Below are positions 22,283-35,907 of a stretch of DNA of 51,206 nucleotides, piece after piece; positions within the stretch are counted from its first letter, which is position 1, and every line of letters begins with the position of its first letter. The stretch is from positions 1-51,206 of the forward strand of contig NIVC01001972.1 of NCBI GenBank assembly GCA_002269645.1, in the 5' to 3' direction. The translations under genes were made by a program, and so were the position numbers. The notes beneath the pieces were generated by a model that was not told the origin of the DNA, did no database searches, and saw nothing but the letters and a program-made list of their open reading frames with translations. Source of the DNA: Macrostomum lignano (lineage: Eukaryota).

Positions 22283-25200
22283 ATGAGGATTGAGGGGCGA
22301 TTCTACTGGGGCATGAGGATTGAGGGGCGATTCTACTGGGGCATGAGGATTGAGGGGCGATTCTACTGGGGCATGAGGATTGAGGGGCGATTCTAATCGG
22401 GCATGAGGATTGAGGGGCGATTCTAAGTGGGCACAAGGATTGAGGGGCGATTCTAATCGGGCATGAGGATTGAGGGGCGATTCTAAGTGGGCACAAGGAT
22501 TGAGGGGCGATTCTACTGGGGCATGAGGATTGAGGGGCGATTCTACTGGGGCATGAGGATTGAGGGGCGATTCTAATCGGGCATGAGGATTGAGGGGCGA
22601 TTCTAAGTGGGCACAAGGATTGAGGGGCGATTCTACTGGGGCATGAGGATTGAGGGGCGATTCTAATCGGGCATGAGGATTGAGGGGCGATTCTAAGTGG
22701 GCACAAGGATTGAGGGGCGATTCTAATCGGGCATGAGGATTGAGGGGCGATTCTAAGTGGGCACAAGGATTGAGGGGCGATTCTACTGGGGCATGAGGAT
22801 TGAGGGGCGATTCTAATCGGGCATGAGGATTGAGGGGCGATTCTAATCGGGCATGAGGATTGAGGGGCGATTCTAAGTGGGCACAAGGATTGAGGGGCGA
22901 TTCTACTGGGGCATGAGGATTGAGGGGTGATTCTACTGGGGCATGAGGATTGAGGGGCGATTCTAAGTGGGCATGAGGATTGAGGGGCGATTCTAATCGG
23001 GCATGAGGATTGAGGGGCGATTCTAAGTGGGCATGAGGATTGAGGGGCAATTCTAATCGGGCATGAGGATTGAGGGGCGATTCTAAGTGGGCATGAGGAT
23101 TGAGGGGCGATTATAAATGGGCACAAGGATTGAGGGGCGATTATAAATGGGGATGAGGATTGAGGGGCGATTCTAATCGGGCATGAGGATTGAGGGGCGA
23201 TTCTAAGTGGGCATGAGGATTGAGGGGCGATTCTAATCGGGCATGAGGATTGAGGGGCGATTCTAAGTGGGCACAAGGATTGAGGGGCGATTATAAATGG
23301 GGATGAGGATTGAGGGGCGATTTTAATTGAGGATTGAGGGGCGATTCTAATTGGGCATGGGGATCGAGGGGCGATTCTACTGGGGCATGAGGATTGAGGG
23401 GCGATTCTAATCGGGCATGAGGATTGAGGGGCGATTCTAATCGGGCATGAGGATTGAGGGGCGATTCTACTGGGGCATGAGGATTGAGGGGCGATTCTAA
23501 TCGGGCATGAGGATTGAGGGGCGATTCTAAGTGGGCACAAGGATTGAGGGGCGATTCTACTGGGGCATGAGGATTGAGGGGCGATTCTACTGGGGCATGA
23601 GGATTGAGGGGCGATTCTACTGGGGCATGAGGATTGAGGGGCGATTCTAATCGGGCATGAGGATTGAGGGGCGATTCTAAGTGGGCACAAGGATTGAGGG
23701 GCGATTCTAATCGGGCATGAGGATTGAGGGGCGATTCTAAGTGGGCACAAGGATTGAGGGGCGATTCTACTGGGGCATGAGGATTGAGGGGCGATTCTAA
23801 TCGGGCATGAGGATTGAGGGGCGATTCTAATCGGGCATGAGGATTGAGGGGCGATTCTAAGTGGGCACAAGGATTGAGGGGCGATTCTACTGGGGCATGA
23901 GGATTGAGGGGTGATTCTACTGGGGCATGAGGATTGAGGGGCGATTCTAAGTGGGCATGAGGATTGAGGGGCGATTCTAATCGGGCATGAGGATTGAGGG
24001 GCGATTCTAAGTGGGCATGAGGATTGAGGGGCAATTCTAATCGGGCATGAGGATTGAGGGGCGATTCTAAGTGGGCATGAGGATTGAGGGGCGATTATAA
24101 ATGGGCACAAGGATTGAGGGGCGATTATAAATGGGGATGAGGATTGAGGGGCGATTCTAATCGGGCATGAGGATTGAGGGGCGATTCTAAGTGGGCATGA
24201 GGATTGAGGGGCGATTCTAATCGGGCATGAGGATTGAGGGGCGATTCTAAGTGGGCACAAGGATTGAGGGGCGATTATAAATGGGGATGAGGATTGAGGG
24301 GCGATTTTAATTGAGGATTGAGGGGCGATTCTAATTGGGCATGGGGATCGAGGGGCGATTCTACTGGGGCATGAGGATTGAGGGGCGATTCTAATCGGGC
24401 ATGAGGATTGAGGGGCGATTCTAATCGGGCATGAGGATTGAGGGGCGATTCTAATCGGGCATGAGGATTGAGGGGCGATTCTAATCGGGCATGAGGATTG
24501 AGGGGTGATTCCACTGGGGCATGAGGATTGAGGGGCGATTCTACTGGGGCATGAGGATTGAGGGGCGATTCTAATCGGGCATGAGGATTGAGGGGCGATT
24601 CTAAGTGGGCACAAGGATTGAGGGGCGATTCTACTGGGGCATGAGGATTGAGGGGCGATTCTACTGGGGCATGAGGATTGAGGGGCGAATCTACTGGGGC
24701 ATGAGGATTGAGGGGCGATTCTAATCGGGCATGAGGATTGAGGGGCGATTCTAAGTGGGCACAAGGATTGAGGGGCGATTCTAATCGGGCATGAGGATTG
24801 AGGGGCGATTCTAAGTGGGCACAAGGATTGAGGGGCGATTCTACTGGGGCATGAGGATTGAGGGGCGATTCTAATCGGGCATGAGGATTGAGGGGCGATT
24901 CTAATCGGGCATGAGGATTGAGGGGCGATTCTAAGTGGGCACAAGGATTGAGGGGCGATTCTACTGGGGCATGAGGATTGAGGGGTGATTCTACTGGGGC
25001 ATGAGGATTGAGGGGCGATTCTAAGTGGGCATGAGGATTGAGGGGCGATTCTAATCGGGCATGAGGATTGAGGGGCGATTCTAAGTGGGCATGAGGATTG
25101 AGGGGCAATTCTAATCGGGCATGAGGATTGAGGGGCGATTCTAAGTGGGCATGAGGATTGAGGGGCGATTATAAATGGGCACAAGGATTGAGGGGCGATT

Positions 25201-25500
25201 ATAAATGGGGATGAGGATTGAGGGGCGATTCTAATCGGGCATGAGGATTGAGGGGCGATTCTAAGTGGGCATGAGGATTGAGGGGCGATTCTAATCGGGC
25301 ATGAGGATTGAGGGGCGATTCTAAGTGGGCACAAGGATTGAGGGGCGATTATAAATGGGGATGAGGATTGAGGGGCGATTTTAATTGAGGATTGAGGGGC
25401 GATTCTAATTGGGCATGGGGATCGAGGGGCGATTCTAAGTGGGTATGAGAATTAAGGGGCGATTCTAATTAGGCATGAGGATTGAGGGGCGATTACTAAT
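22283..25500. repeat. 30-bp satellite array (~107 monomers) with ~1-kb higher-order repeat
   Basis: Monomer gattct(aatcg/aagtg/actgg)ggca(tg/ca)aggattgaggggc. A diagnostic 24-bp variant occurs at 23321, 24305 and 25379. Confidence 0.97.
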
Positions 25501-25558
25501 TGGGAATGATAATTGAAACGTCATTTTAGGGGGACATGAGGATTGAGAGCATGCTTGG

Positions 25559-25716
25559 GCGCAACCTTGGGATTCACTCGGCCGTTTCTATTGGCAACAC
25601 ACACATGTAAGTCGCTATTGGACGGAGTAGTAGTCACGTGACTGCTCTCAGCCAATAGCGACTTACATGTGTGTGTGTTGCCAATAGAAACGGCCGGGTG
25701 ATTCCCAAAGTTGCGC
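25559..25716. mobile_element. ~158-bp near-perfect palindrome (foldback/MITE-like)
   Basis: gcgcaaccttgggattcactcggccgtttctattggcaacacacacatgtaagtcgctattgg is mirrored by its reverse complement. The centre is gtcacgtgac. Confidence 0.7.
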
Positions 25717-28700
25717 ATGTATGAGAGAGGCAATTCTAGATGGGCTTTAGGACATGAGTTATCAAGTCTAAAGGAGATTCTAGTCCCATTAGTTTAGTAA
25801 GTATTTATTACTATATTCAATTCATTTTAATAGAATACAATTATAATATATTACAAAATGAAACTTATATAGCTCTTTCTTCATATACAAAATATTCACT
25901 AATTTTTCTGCTCTATTTGATTTTTCATAGAATTTATATATATTATTTTAACAATTGTATAATATCATATCAGGCAAAGAAGAAAATGATGAAGTACTAG
26001 TTCAAAATGTAATGCATAATAAGCATTGAGTGATATTATATGATCTACATATAAGTTTTGCATTTGAGTTGGCAGCTATCTAGGAGGAAATAAGCATTAA
26101 ACCTGGCCTACTGGTTAATCCACTCAGCTTTAGATATACTATTATATTTTTATTATATAAGGTCATATAAATCAATTTTATTTAAATATATATAACTCTA
26201 GGTATAATCAATTGTATTAGGCCTGTATCATTTTATCATTTTCTAAGCTTACAAAAAGAATATTAACAAGTGTTTGTTTGCAATTAAGTAACTTATTATT
26301 AATGTAATAAAATGTTAAGCTCTACTTAATATTAATACTAAGGACAAGGTAATTAGGCCCTAGAGTTCTATTTATAGCTATAGGCCTTAGCTATAACCGT
26401 AAGAAATTAATAGATATCAAGGTTTTTAAACAGAATATAATATTTACAATTATCTATAATGGCTAAAAGATTGGGTTATAAAAATGCATCTTTTAAATAT
26501 AAAATAGGCCCTAGCAGACAAATTATTTATTCTAGCATATATTGCCAAAAGATGATGGCACTCATTATTTGTACATGTGGAAATAGTATTATTATTATTT
26601 ACATAGTAAATAAATACTAGTTTTATATACTGTATAGTACTCATAGCTATAGTCTAATTATTTTTAACCTCAGGTCGAATCCATCTTTTTGAAGGCAAAT
26701 GAGTTCTATTAGGTTAAAAGGTTGAAATACCTTTTATACTTTACTTTACTAATAGTAATATTAATAATATTTCATATGATACTAAGACTTGGCGTATTCA
26801 GCGTATATTTGGTCTGCCTTGCAACAGTTGGTGTACATTCAACATATGCTGTGTAGGCTGCAAATATGTGGCATGATGTGTAGAGATGTTCTCAAAGCGA
26901 ATTTTCTGTCGAAATCAAAATCAAAATCAAAATTTTCCAAAATCAAAATTCTTAAAAACAAAGTTTAGTACAACCAACACTCATTTTTCTACTTTCAATT
27001 TACTGCTCATGCAAAACAAAATACATGTATGTTTAGCAGAAGTTCATTTATTTTCAGCCACTAAATAAATAGAATCCCTCATTGCCACTTTTAAATGCAA
27101 AAAAAATTTTCGATGCAAAAACCATATACTGAGTTGTACATGTATAAAATGTACAATTAAAATGTACATGTATCACTGCATGACTAGCAATAACTGAGAT
27201 TGTATAAAAGATAATGCATGTACATGTATGGTAAATGTACATATATATATACTATAAAATGCAAAAAATATGCAATATTCGACGTGCATTACGGTATATT
27301 TGGTGTATATATGGTTACATTTGGCGTACATAGGTAGCCCTGCCTGAATTTCATTCCGGTGTACACATGCCACCTTCCTGACTTACTGACTATGGCATCC
27401 AGGGCGGACCCTTAGAAAATTGGGCTAGCTAGAGCTAGGCCAATTGGATTGCGCACAACCCTTAGACAAGCCGCCAAAAAGGCAGCCAGGGCAAAAATAG
27501 TCAGAGACCATCTTTATGTTTAAAGATAATTAAAAAATTCATTATGAAATTAAAATATATAAAGATAATATTGAGTAGCCTAGTCCTTGATAAGATTATT
27601 TATATGGCATTTATTTTATATACCGTGTAAATAATACTTGCAATATTTACACAATACTTAGTAAATAATGACTAGGGTCTAACTAATAGTAGACAAAATG
27701 ATTTATACCTGTGAGGCTATGACAGATTATTAAATTTTATATTATGTTAATAATTAATAGGCCTTAGACCTATGTTTTGTATTTTGTATCATTTGTAGCT
27801 TGCCTATAGCAATAAGGATACTAGTTGTACCTGTACCAGAACCAGGGTATCAGGCCCTAACAAAAATGGTCACTTATATTTATATTTGGATAATTACCAC
27901 AAATTAGGCCTACCACAATAGTATAGGCCTAATACTAGATAGGGTAGGCTAGAATGGGGTAGGCCCTAGGCTAGCCAAAAATAGGGTTTGGGATTTGGGT
28001 ACATTTCTACCATCACAATGTCCATAGGCCTAATTTCCAAAAAAACCTTTTTATTATAAAGAATACAACTAGGCCCTAGTAGGCTCTATTATATTATATA
28101 TGTATACATATATATTATATTTATTATATATAAAATATTATTTAATTGTTAATATAACACACTTTTTTACCAAAAGGCATTAAGCAAGCTTTGGACTTTG
28201 ATTAGAAGTTGAACTCTTAGTCTTAGGTCTAGGATTTAGAATAGGCCTAGCCAGCTAGCCTATTATAGGGGATTAGACTAGACCTAGCATGCACTAGCAC
28301 CAATGATGCTGCAGCTGCAATGATGATGCTGATAGGCATGAACCACACGTGATACAGTAACGCAGATTTACGGGACACTGGCCTAGGGCCCTAGGGTTTC
28401 ACGAGTGAGTGTGACTCACCCCTCTTTATCAGGGTCAGCGCACCATCAACTTAAGGATTAAACTGAAAGATTATGTACAAAAAATTACTTAGCGTTTTTA
28501 AAATAAAAGTTTATTACTAAATCCGAGAAAAACTTGCCTCAATTTAAAAAATGTTGTTTTAGTTTGCACGTACGGTCATTTGAATTATCAATCGAGAATG
28601 GAGAAATAGGAGATTTCACAGCCTAGCACAACAGAAAGACAGCTTGTTCATTCCCAACTTAAAAGTTTCTATGATAAGTCTAGCCACAATAGCTTCTCAA

Positions 28701-29009
28701 TCGACGCAATTTAAAAACCATGAAGTTCATCAGTTGACAATAACTTTATATACGAGCTATGATGGGAGTACGAAAGTTGCCCATGGGAAATTTTCAAAGA
28801 CCCTATATGGTATCTGATATATTGCTTTAAAACAATTTACTTATTTGCGTAATTTTGTTCTTCATACTTTTAATCAATGTTATGGCTATTAGATTAAAAA
28901 ACGAATACATGCATAGTGTACATAGAAGTTACAAATTTAGAGCGGGAAGGATTTTAATAGGCATAAGTCATGTCATCGACAGTGTGCCAGCCGTTAATTG
29001 ACACCGCAC

Positions 29010-29309
29010 TCAAAAGTGCGTTATTGGCTCGGTCTGCAGGCCCGTCAGCTCTGGCTCCGGCTTTTCGCCCTTCTCAGTTGGCAACGGTTGGAACACGCGC
29101 AGGTGAATGAACTCCGAGTCGCCAATGCGCACCTTGGCAAAATAATTGGTGCCAGCAACTACCTGGCTGGCGAGCAGAACCGGTTCGAACTGGTCCACGG
29201 ATCGGCCTAGGCGGCTCTTGACCTCGGCTTGCATGGCTGTCAGTAGAGTAACTTCCTCCTTTGTAGGCTTCCTTGGTTCGCTAACTCCACCGCTGAGTTG
29301 TGTGGCCAT
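29010..29309 (-). CDS. Type-1 cystatin (stefin, cystatin A/B-like), 99 aa
   Basis: MATQLSGGVSE...SQVVAGTNYFAKVRIGDSEFIHLRVFQPLP...ITHF*. It has the N-terminal Gly, the QVVAG motif and the LP loop, and no signal peptide. Confidence 0.93.
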   Translation of the reverse strand: MATQLSGGVSEPRKPTKEEVTLLTAMQAEVKSRLGRSVDQFEPVLLASQVVAGTNYFAKVRIGDSEFIHLRVFQPLPTEKGEKPEPELTGLQTEPITHF

Positions 29310-29335
29310 TTTTTTCAGTGGCTGGGGATCAGGAA

Positions 29336-29633
29336 CTGCAACAAGAGGCAAAGGAGTCGATGTATGCAGTTTACAATACAATAATCTGAATCGACACACT
29401 GCACACATTTAGAGCCATACAAAATGAGGCTAAAATTTCTCCTGATCACCATTCTTTTTGAACATCAGTTGCGTAAACTGATGTCTCATTTGATGGGTCT
29501 TAGTTCATCAACATGAAAATTATCTGCTGCTATTGACGCAACTTACCTTAATGCTGGGCGTCAAGAATTCAAATCAGCTGGCCGTTCCGCAGTGACTTCA
29601 ATTGCTAATCTATTAAGTTGCTCTATATTTATA
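29336..29633 (-). promoter_or_regulatory. Stefin TATA box and 5'UTR intron
   Basis: Minus-strand TATAAATATA at 29633-29624, donor AAG|GTAAGT (intron 29546-29336), and acceptor tgttgcag| 26 nt before the ATG. Confidence 0.55.
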
Positions 29634-30182
29634 CAGAACTTTCATGTCCGTCAGCGTGGGCGAATGGAGCCAGTTGAAATTTCGATTGAAATCAGCATGT
29701 CTTGACTGAATGCTGCTGCGACTAAGCCTACAAGTAAGAATTCAGCTATTAGCACACAGCTACATTGATCTGTCACAGCATCTCAGTGTCAATGCAAGCT
29801 GCAGTGCTACTGTAATTTCTCTTTCAAAGCTTCGCGGGGTTAAACGCTGCCTGACCCCAAATTAGGTAAAATTGACGTGTTGATATCAGAGGTTGCAATT
29901 TCCGGTTAGTTGGAAAGGATAGAAAATTGCAAGCTAATAAAGTTAATCAGTGTTTACGGATGCGATTGGGTTTTTTTCTGGCATATTCGACTTCCAAGAA
30001 ATGCTAAAGTCACACTTTCCTGGCTGATGCCTGAATCAGCGAATACCTGAGGCAATTTAGTTAACAGACGCGTTTGATTTGAACTCTTTTTTTAATGGGT
30101 TTTTGATTAAGGGAAAATTCGCCTTTTGGTGATTAACAACTTGAGGATCTTGGACGCACAAATTAGTGGTAAACAGCTTGGG

Positions 30183-30967
<785 letters not shown>

Positions 30968-31419
30968 ACTAAAATGCTGTCCTTTTATCCAACATCTTTA
31001 TTTTCTCATGCTGACTGCAGTGCAGTTTCAGGCAGCATAATAATAATATGTAAGCCGGTTTGGCACTTCACACTGCACCGATGGACAGAAAAAATCGCAT
31101 GCAGCGGAGCCGACTGAAATCGATACTCAGACACATCTACAAGACAGAACACGGGCAAGAAAGACAGGCAAGGCGAGAAACGAGCATATCAAGCGTTATT
31201 GAAGAAAATTTTGTCATTTCCCTGATTCCCGTTGTGTTTATTCGTCAGGGCAGTCGTGAATACAGTATCCTGTAGGATGCTGCAGTGCAGCACCGTGTGA
31301 GCCAGACGAAGCCGAATCCGTCTGATTAGGATGTACAGGAAAGCCTAGCATTGGATAAAAAATCTCATGCCCTTTGCTTCGCTAAATTCTACGTAAAACA
31401 AAGTGCAACTGGTCCGTAC

Positions 31420-32080
31420 ACACAATCCCAACCAACTTTATTACCCAATGACCCACAATCCCAACCAACTTTATTACCCAATGTACGCACAATCCCAACC
31501 AACTTTATTATCCAATGTACCCACAATCCCAAACAACTTTATTACCCAATGTACGCACAATCCCAAACAACTTTATTATCCAATGTACCCACAATCCCAA
31601 CCAACTTTATTACCCAATGTACGCACAATCCCAACCAAATTTATTACCCAATGTACGCACAATCCCAACCAACTTTATTATCCAATGTACCCACAATCCC
31701 AAACAACTTTATTACCCAATGTACGCACAATCCCAAACAACTTTATTATCCAATGTACCCACAATCCCAACCAACTTTATTACCCAATGTACGCACAATC
31801 CCAACCAACTTTATTATCCAATGTACCCACAATCCCAACCAACTTTATTACCCAATGTACGCACAGAAACCCCAACCAACTTTATTACCCAATGTACGCA
31901 CAGAAACCCCAACCAACTTTATTACCCAATGTACGCACAGAAACCCCAACCAACTTTATTACCCAATGTACGCACAGAAACCCCAACCAACTTTATTACC
32001 CAATGTACGCACAGAAACCCCAACCAACTTTATTACCCAATGTACGCACAGAAACCCCAACCAACTTTATTACCCAATGT
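31420..32080. repeat. 34-bp tandem repeat shifting to a 37-bp variant
   Basis: aatgtacgcacaatcccaaccaactttattaccc, with ...cacagaaaccccaacc... from ~31860. Confidence 0.93.
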
Positions 32081-33324
32081 AAGCAAAGATTTTGCCCGCA
32101 ACCAATCATGTGCTGCAATGTGCTGCTGCGTGCTGCTGGTATACTTTACGCATTAAAATCGACCAAACTCCTTACCACTGAAGCACACAAAAAATTGGAT
32201 GTACAGTTTACACTCGAACTCTAGACTGCTAACAATGTACTCCAGTCTTTACATTTCACCCCATATCTAATATTCATGCTCATGCATAGATCATGCTACC
32301 CTCATGATGAAGGTTCTTGGAATCTAGTTCTGCATTTTATTATCTTTGGATTTAATTTTCCGTGACCGCCAGCCAGGACTTGTTTTGAAAAGATTGAAAG
32401 AGCATAGCAACTCAGGAGCAGAGCAACTCAGGAAATTAATTCGCTAATGGGTCACGCTTCAATGTGGGCGTGAGGATTTTCAGTTTTTTATTAATAAATA
32501 TACATAATCTTGGAGATCCGCGTCCAATTTGAGCCACTTCTAGGCCCCGTTTTTTTTCTCACAACTCCTTCCTTTTATCGCTTCCCAACTTTCTCGGGGA
32601 AAAATAATAATTTTAATAGCAGCTGGCGGCCCAAGCTAGTCCTGAACAGATTTATAATGAACAGCAGCGGGTGGGGGCAATGAATCTTGATCAGCCCAAA
32701 CCGAAGGGGATATTTCTTTGCAAGGCAATTTCCAATCTTATGCAGACCTGCTCGTATATTTGATGAAGCGCAGGTGAGCGCCAAGGCTAACAATATGGTG
32801 GCATAATCTGTCATTTTGCACCGGGCCACTTGCAGTATATATAGTCTGGCTTTTAATTTCTTGCCTGCATGGCTTATTCAAACTTTTTTCTTCTCTTCTC
32901 TCTTCTCTTTAATAGACATTCAGCTGTAAACAGAGGAGATTATAGGACCGAAACGAACGCCATTGGGCTGTAGTGGTAGGCTCTGCCTGCTTTCTCCTCT
33001 AACTCTCATTTATTCTGCAGTGCTTCTGTCGTTGCGCCAGTGATTGATAATCTGCTTCCTGCTGCTATACTAGGGGGTAGCGTGCTAATTTTACTTCATC
33101 ATGGGCTAATTTTTTACGACCGGGAATGCCCGGAGAATGGAGTCGAGAAAATTCAAAAGCAGCTGCTAGCTGTAGAAGCGGGGTTGGTTTCAGTGTTTAT
33201 TTTTATATGGTTATATGAAAAAATAGTTTGATTTAGCAAAGTTTCAGGTGAAAGTTTGATTGAATAACAAACAGTCAGTGTTGCAGATCAAATCAATGTA
33301 ATGCATGTATTAGAATATTAGACA

Positions 33325-33595
33325 CACGACTTGGAGGTCGGTGGTTCGATTCCCGATCCTACTCGAAACAATTTGTGTCCTTGAGCAAGACACTTTACTC
33401 TGCATTGCTTCAGTTCACCCAGCTGTAAAATGGGTGCCAGCATTAGCTGGGGTAATTGAGGGTGTGTGGCGACCGCCCAGTCCTTGGACTGAACAGCCGT
33501 ACGCAGCCTTCAGATGCGCCGCGCAATAGCTGCGGCTGAGCTGTCGGTTGCACATCTGGCCTAGTTGGAGAGGGTGTATTATTATATTATGATTA
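33325..33595 (+). mobile_element. tRNA-derived CORE-SINE, 5'-truncated copy
   Basis: B-box ggttcgattcc, MIR/CORE-like tgtgtccttgagcaagacactttac...cagttcacccagctgtaaaatggg, a shared 3' domain and a (TTA)-like tail. Three more copies lie in the window. Confidence 0.85.
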
Positions 33596-34434
33596 GAATA
33601 TGCATATATTCTACATGCTAAATAGAAAACAATGACTACAGCAGCAAGCACAGAGATATTTTTCCCAAAAATCTTTTCGATGCATTTACAAATAGAGTCA
33701 GGCGATCGGATCCGCCAGTTTGATCCGCCCCCTCTCCCCTGGTTGTCAGGGAGTCAGACAATCGTAGAACGCAGATGGAAGGAGGAATAGAAAAAAGCAG
33801 TAGTACTCGTAGTTGTTTCAACAAAAAGAGACAATCCAGACCTTGTTGGCAGCTGCAGCAGCTGCGAGCCGAGCTGTGTAAGCACGCGTGGTAGAAAGAG
33901 GATTTCAAAGCTGTTAGCTAATCACCCTGTTTTTCTGCATGGCTGAACTCCACACTGCCTGTTCCTGTTGCGATTAACTCTCTGTCTTTCCGGGAAATAC
34001 GTATATAGGCTTCGTTTCGAATTCAACTGGGTGGCTGGTCCGATGAGAATAACTCGAACTATTTATCCACTGCGTGAATTATAGGCACATTATCATCCAA
34101 TCTGAAGAAGTTGAAACTTTCACCTGTGGAACCTCACTGGCACATTAGGTGTATTCACGTGAAACTGCATCGGACCGTGAACTGGGAAATGCGTGAGTTT
34201 CGGGAAAGACAGGGAGGAGTGGACAAGCCAAAGGGCCGAATTTATTTCAGAAGTGCTATCCATTTTCAGTAATTATACATGCACCTGTTAGGTAAGGGTC
34301 ACTTAACAGTATCTTCCTCGCTTCTGATATTTCTGATACATTTTTACGCACGCATTAGCTGATAGAAAATTCAATTTCGCTCCCTCTGCCTCCTCCCGGG
34401 CTTATCACTCCATCCTCGTTACATCATAGTGTAC

Positions 34435-34725
34435 GTAGGTCGTTTCTTTCCTTTCTATTGACACACCAAGCCACTCCGCTTTCTCACTGTGCAGTGTACA
34501 TAGGTTGTTTATTTCCTTTCCATTGACACACCACCCCACTCCGCTTTCTCACTGTACAGTGTACATAGGTTGTTTATTTCCTTTCCATTGACACACCACC
34601 CCACTCCGCTTTCTCACTGTACAGTGTACATAGGTTGTTTATTTCCTTTCCATTGACACACCACCCCACTCCGCTTTCTCACTGTACAGTGTACATAGGC
34701 CGCTTATTTCTTTTCCATTGACACC
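34435..34725. repeat. 65-bp tandem repeat, ~4.5 copies
   Basis: taggttgttt occurs at 34501, 34566 and 34631. Confidence 0.9.
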
Positions 34726-35907
34726 ATTGTCTACTGTAGGGCGTATGCCGATTATTAACAGATAGTCCAATAGACGTGTCTAAGCTGATATCTAAATTTA
34801 CAAAAAGCAGACAATTGAAAAAATGGATTCAATAATGAAATTCTAAAAATAAGTGCATTAAATTATCAATACGAGTAAAACTCAAACTCAAAGCATTGTT
34901 CTCCAGACATGATTATTATTGGGTGTGAAACTGTACTATGACCCAGTGTATATTCCCACTGTATATTCTCAAAGCGTTAAAAAGGCTCAACTAAAAGTCC
35001 TAGGCAGATGGGATGGCGACAAGTTACTTTTATTAATATTCCAAGACTACTATTCCCCAGCAGACACAGGGCACAGGGAGATTACGAGCTGAAAGATTAG
35101 GGAATAAACTTTGTTTTACTCATAGTCCACCATAAAATTGATTGAAGAATAAAAATCAGCACAATCTGCCTGCCGGTTTTGGAAAATGAATTTAGTCAAG
35201 AGCTCCCCGACCCATCCAAGCGGTAAGTAAGACTTCCGTCTTCAAAGGTCTTAAGGTCTGGGGGGGGAGCTGCGGGAAAGCTAGAGCAAAGAGATGTTGC
35301 GTGTCTCAATGGTCTAGTTAGTTAAAGTCAATTAGCCGCTATTGAGGACCCCTGACGAAAATACTGCACATATCTTTAGCCCTGTGTGGGAGGTTGGAAG
35401 CCGAAACTATGCCAAAAGTTCCATATTTTGAAAATCACTTTGGATCCGATTCTATTCCTCATCAAGCACAGGGGCCGCGTGTTCTATCTTGGGGACATGT
35501 TGTCAAAAAATCCTTCTAAAGGAGATTAAAGAAGAAGACAAAGAGAAGCCGAGTCAAAGCAAAGAGCGAGGATATTCCGAGACGGTCGCACTTCCGCTGC
35601 CCCAGAGTGTAGGGACAATCTCCATCTACTTATACCCCTGATTAGATCCGCAATTCTTCTTGGGTTCCTGGAGTTCTCGAATGTGGCAAGTCCTGGGCGA
35701 GTCCGAAATCGAATAATACGCCAATTCCCTGGGCGGCTCCTCAAAGGCTCGAATGGAATGAACGCCTGTTCAGTGCATGCAGAAGAAATGTATGACAGTT
35801 CTTTTAGATAATACTATATACACAGTTGAGCCCTATCAGTGCGTTTCACGAATGTTTGTTGCTTGTACATACAAGCTAGTAAAAGTACAATTGCACAAGC
35901 TGCAAAA

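Noticed and set aside
22227-25334. 1035-aa ORF of IAPQSSCPxR repeats, tempting as a Cys-rich structural or adhesive protein
   Set aside because: It starts at TTG, has no in-frame ATG before the upstream stop near 25452, and has no signal peptide or clear splice context. A 30-bp unit keeps frame trivially and variants are not biased to synonymous sites. The single 24-bp variant also keeps frame, so transcription is still worth a glance.
32575-32829. Minus-strand ORF with a hydrophobic N-terminus and KKYPLRFG
   Set aside because: No basic residue follows the Gly, and the splice signals in this region point to the + strand.
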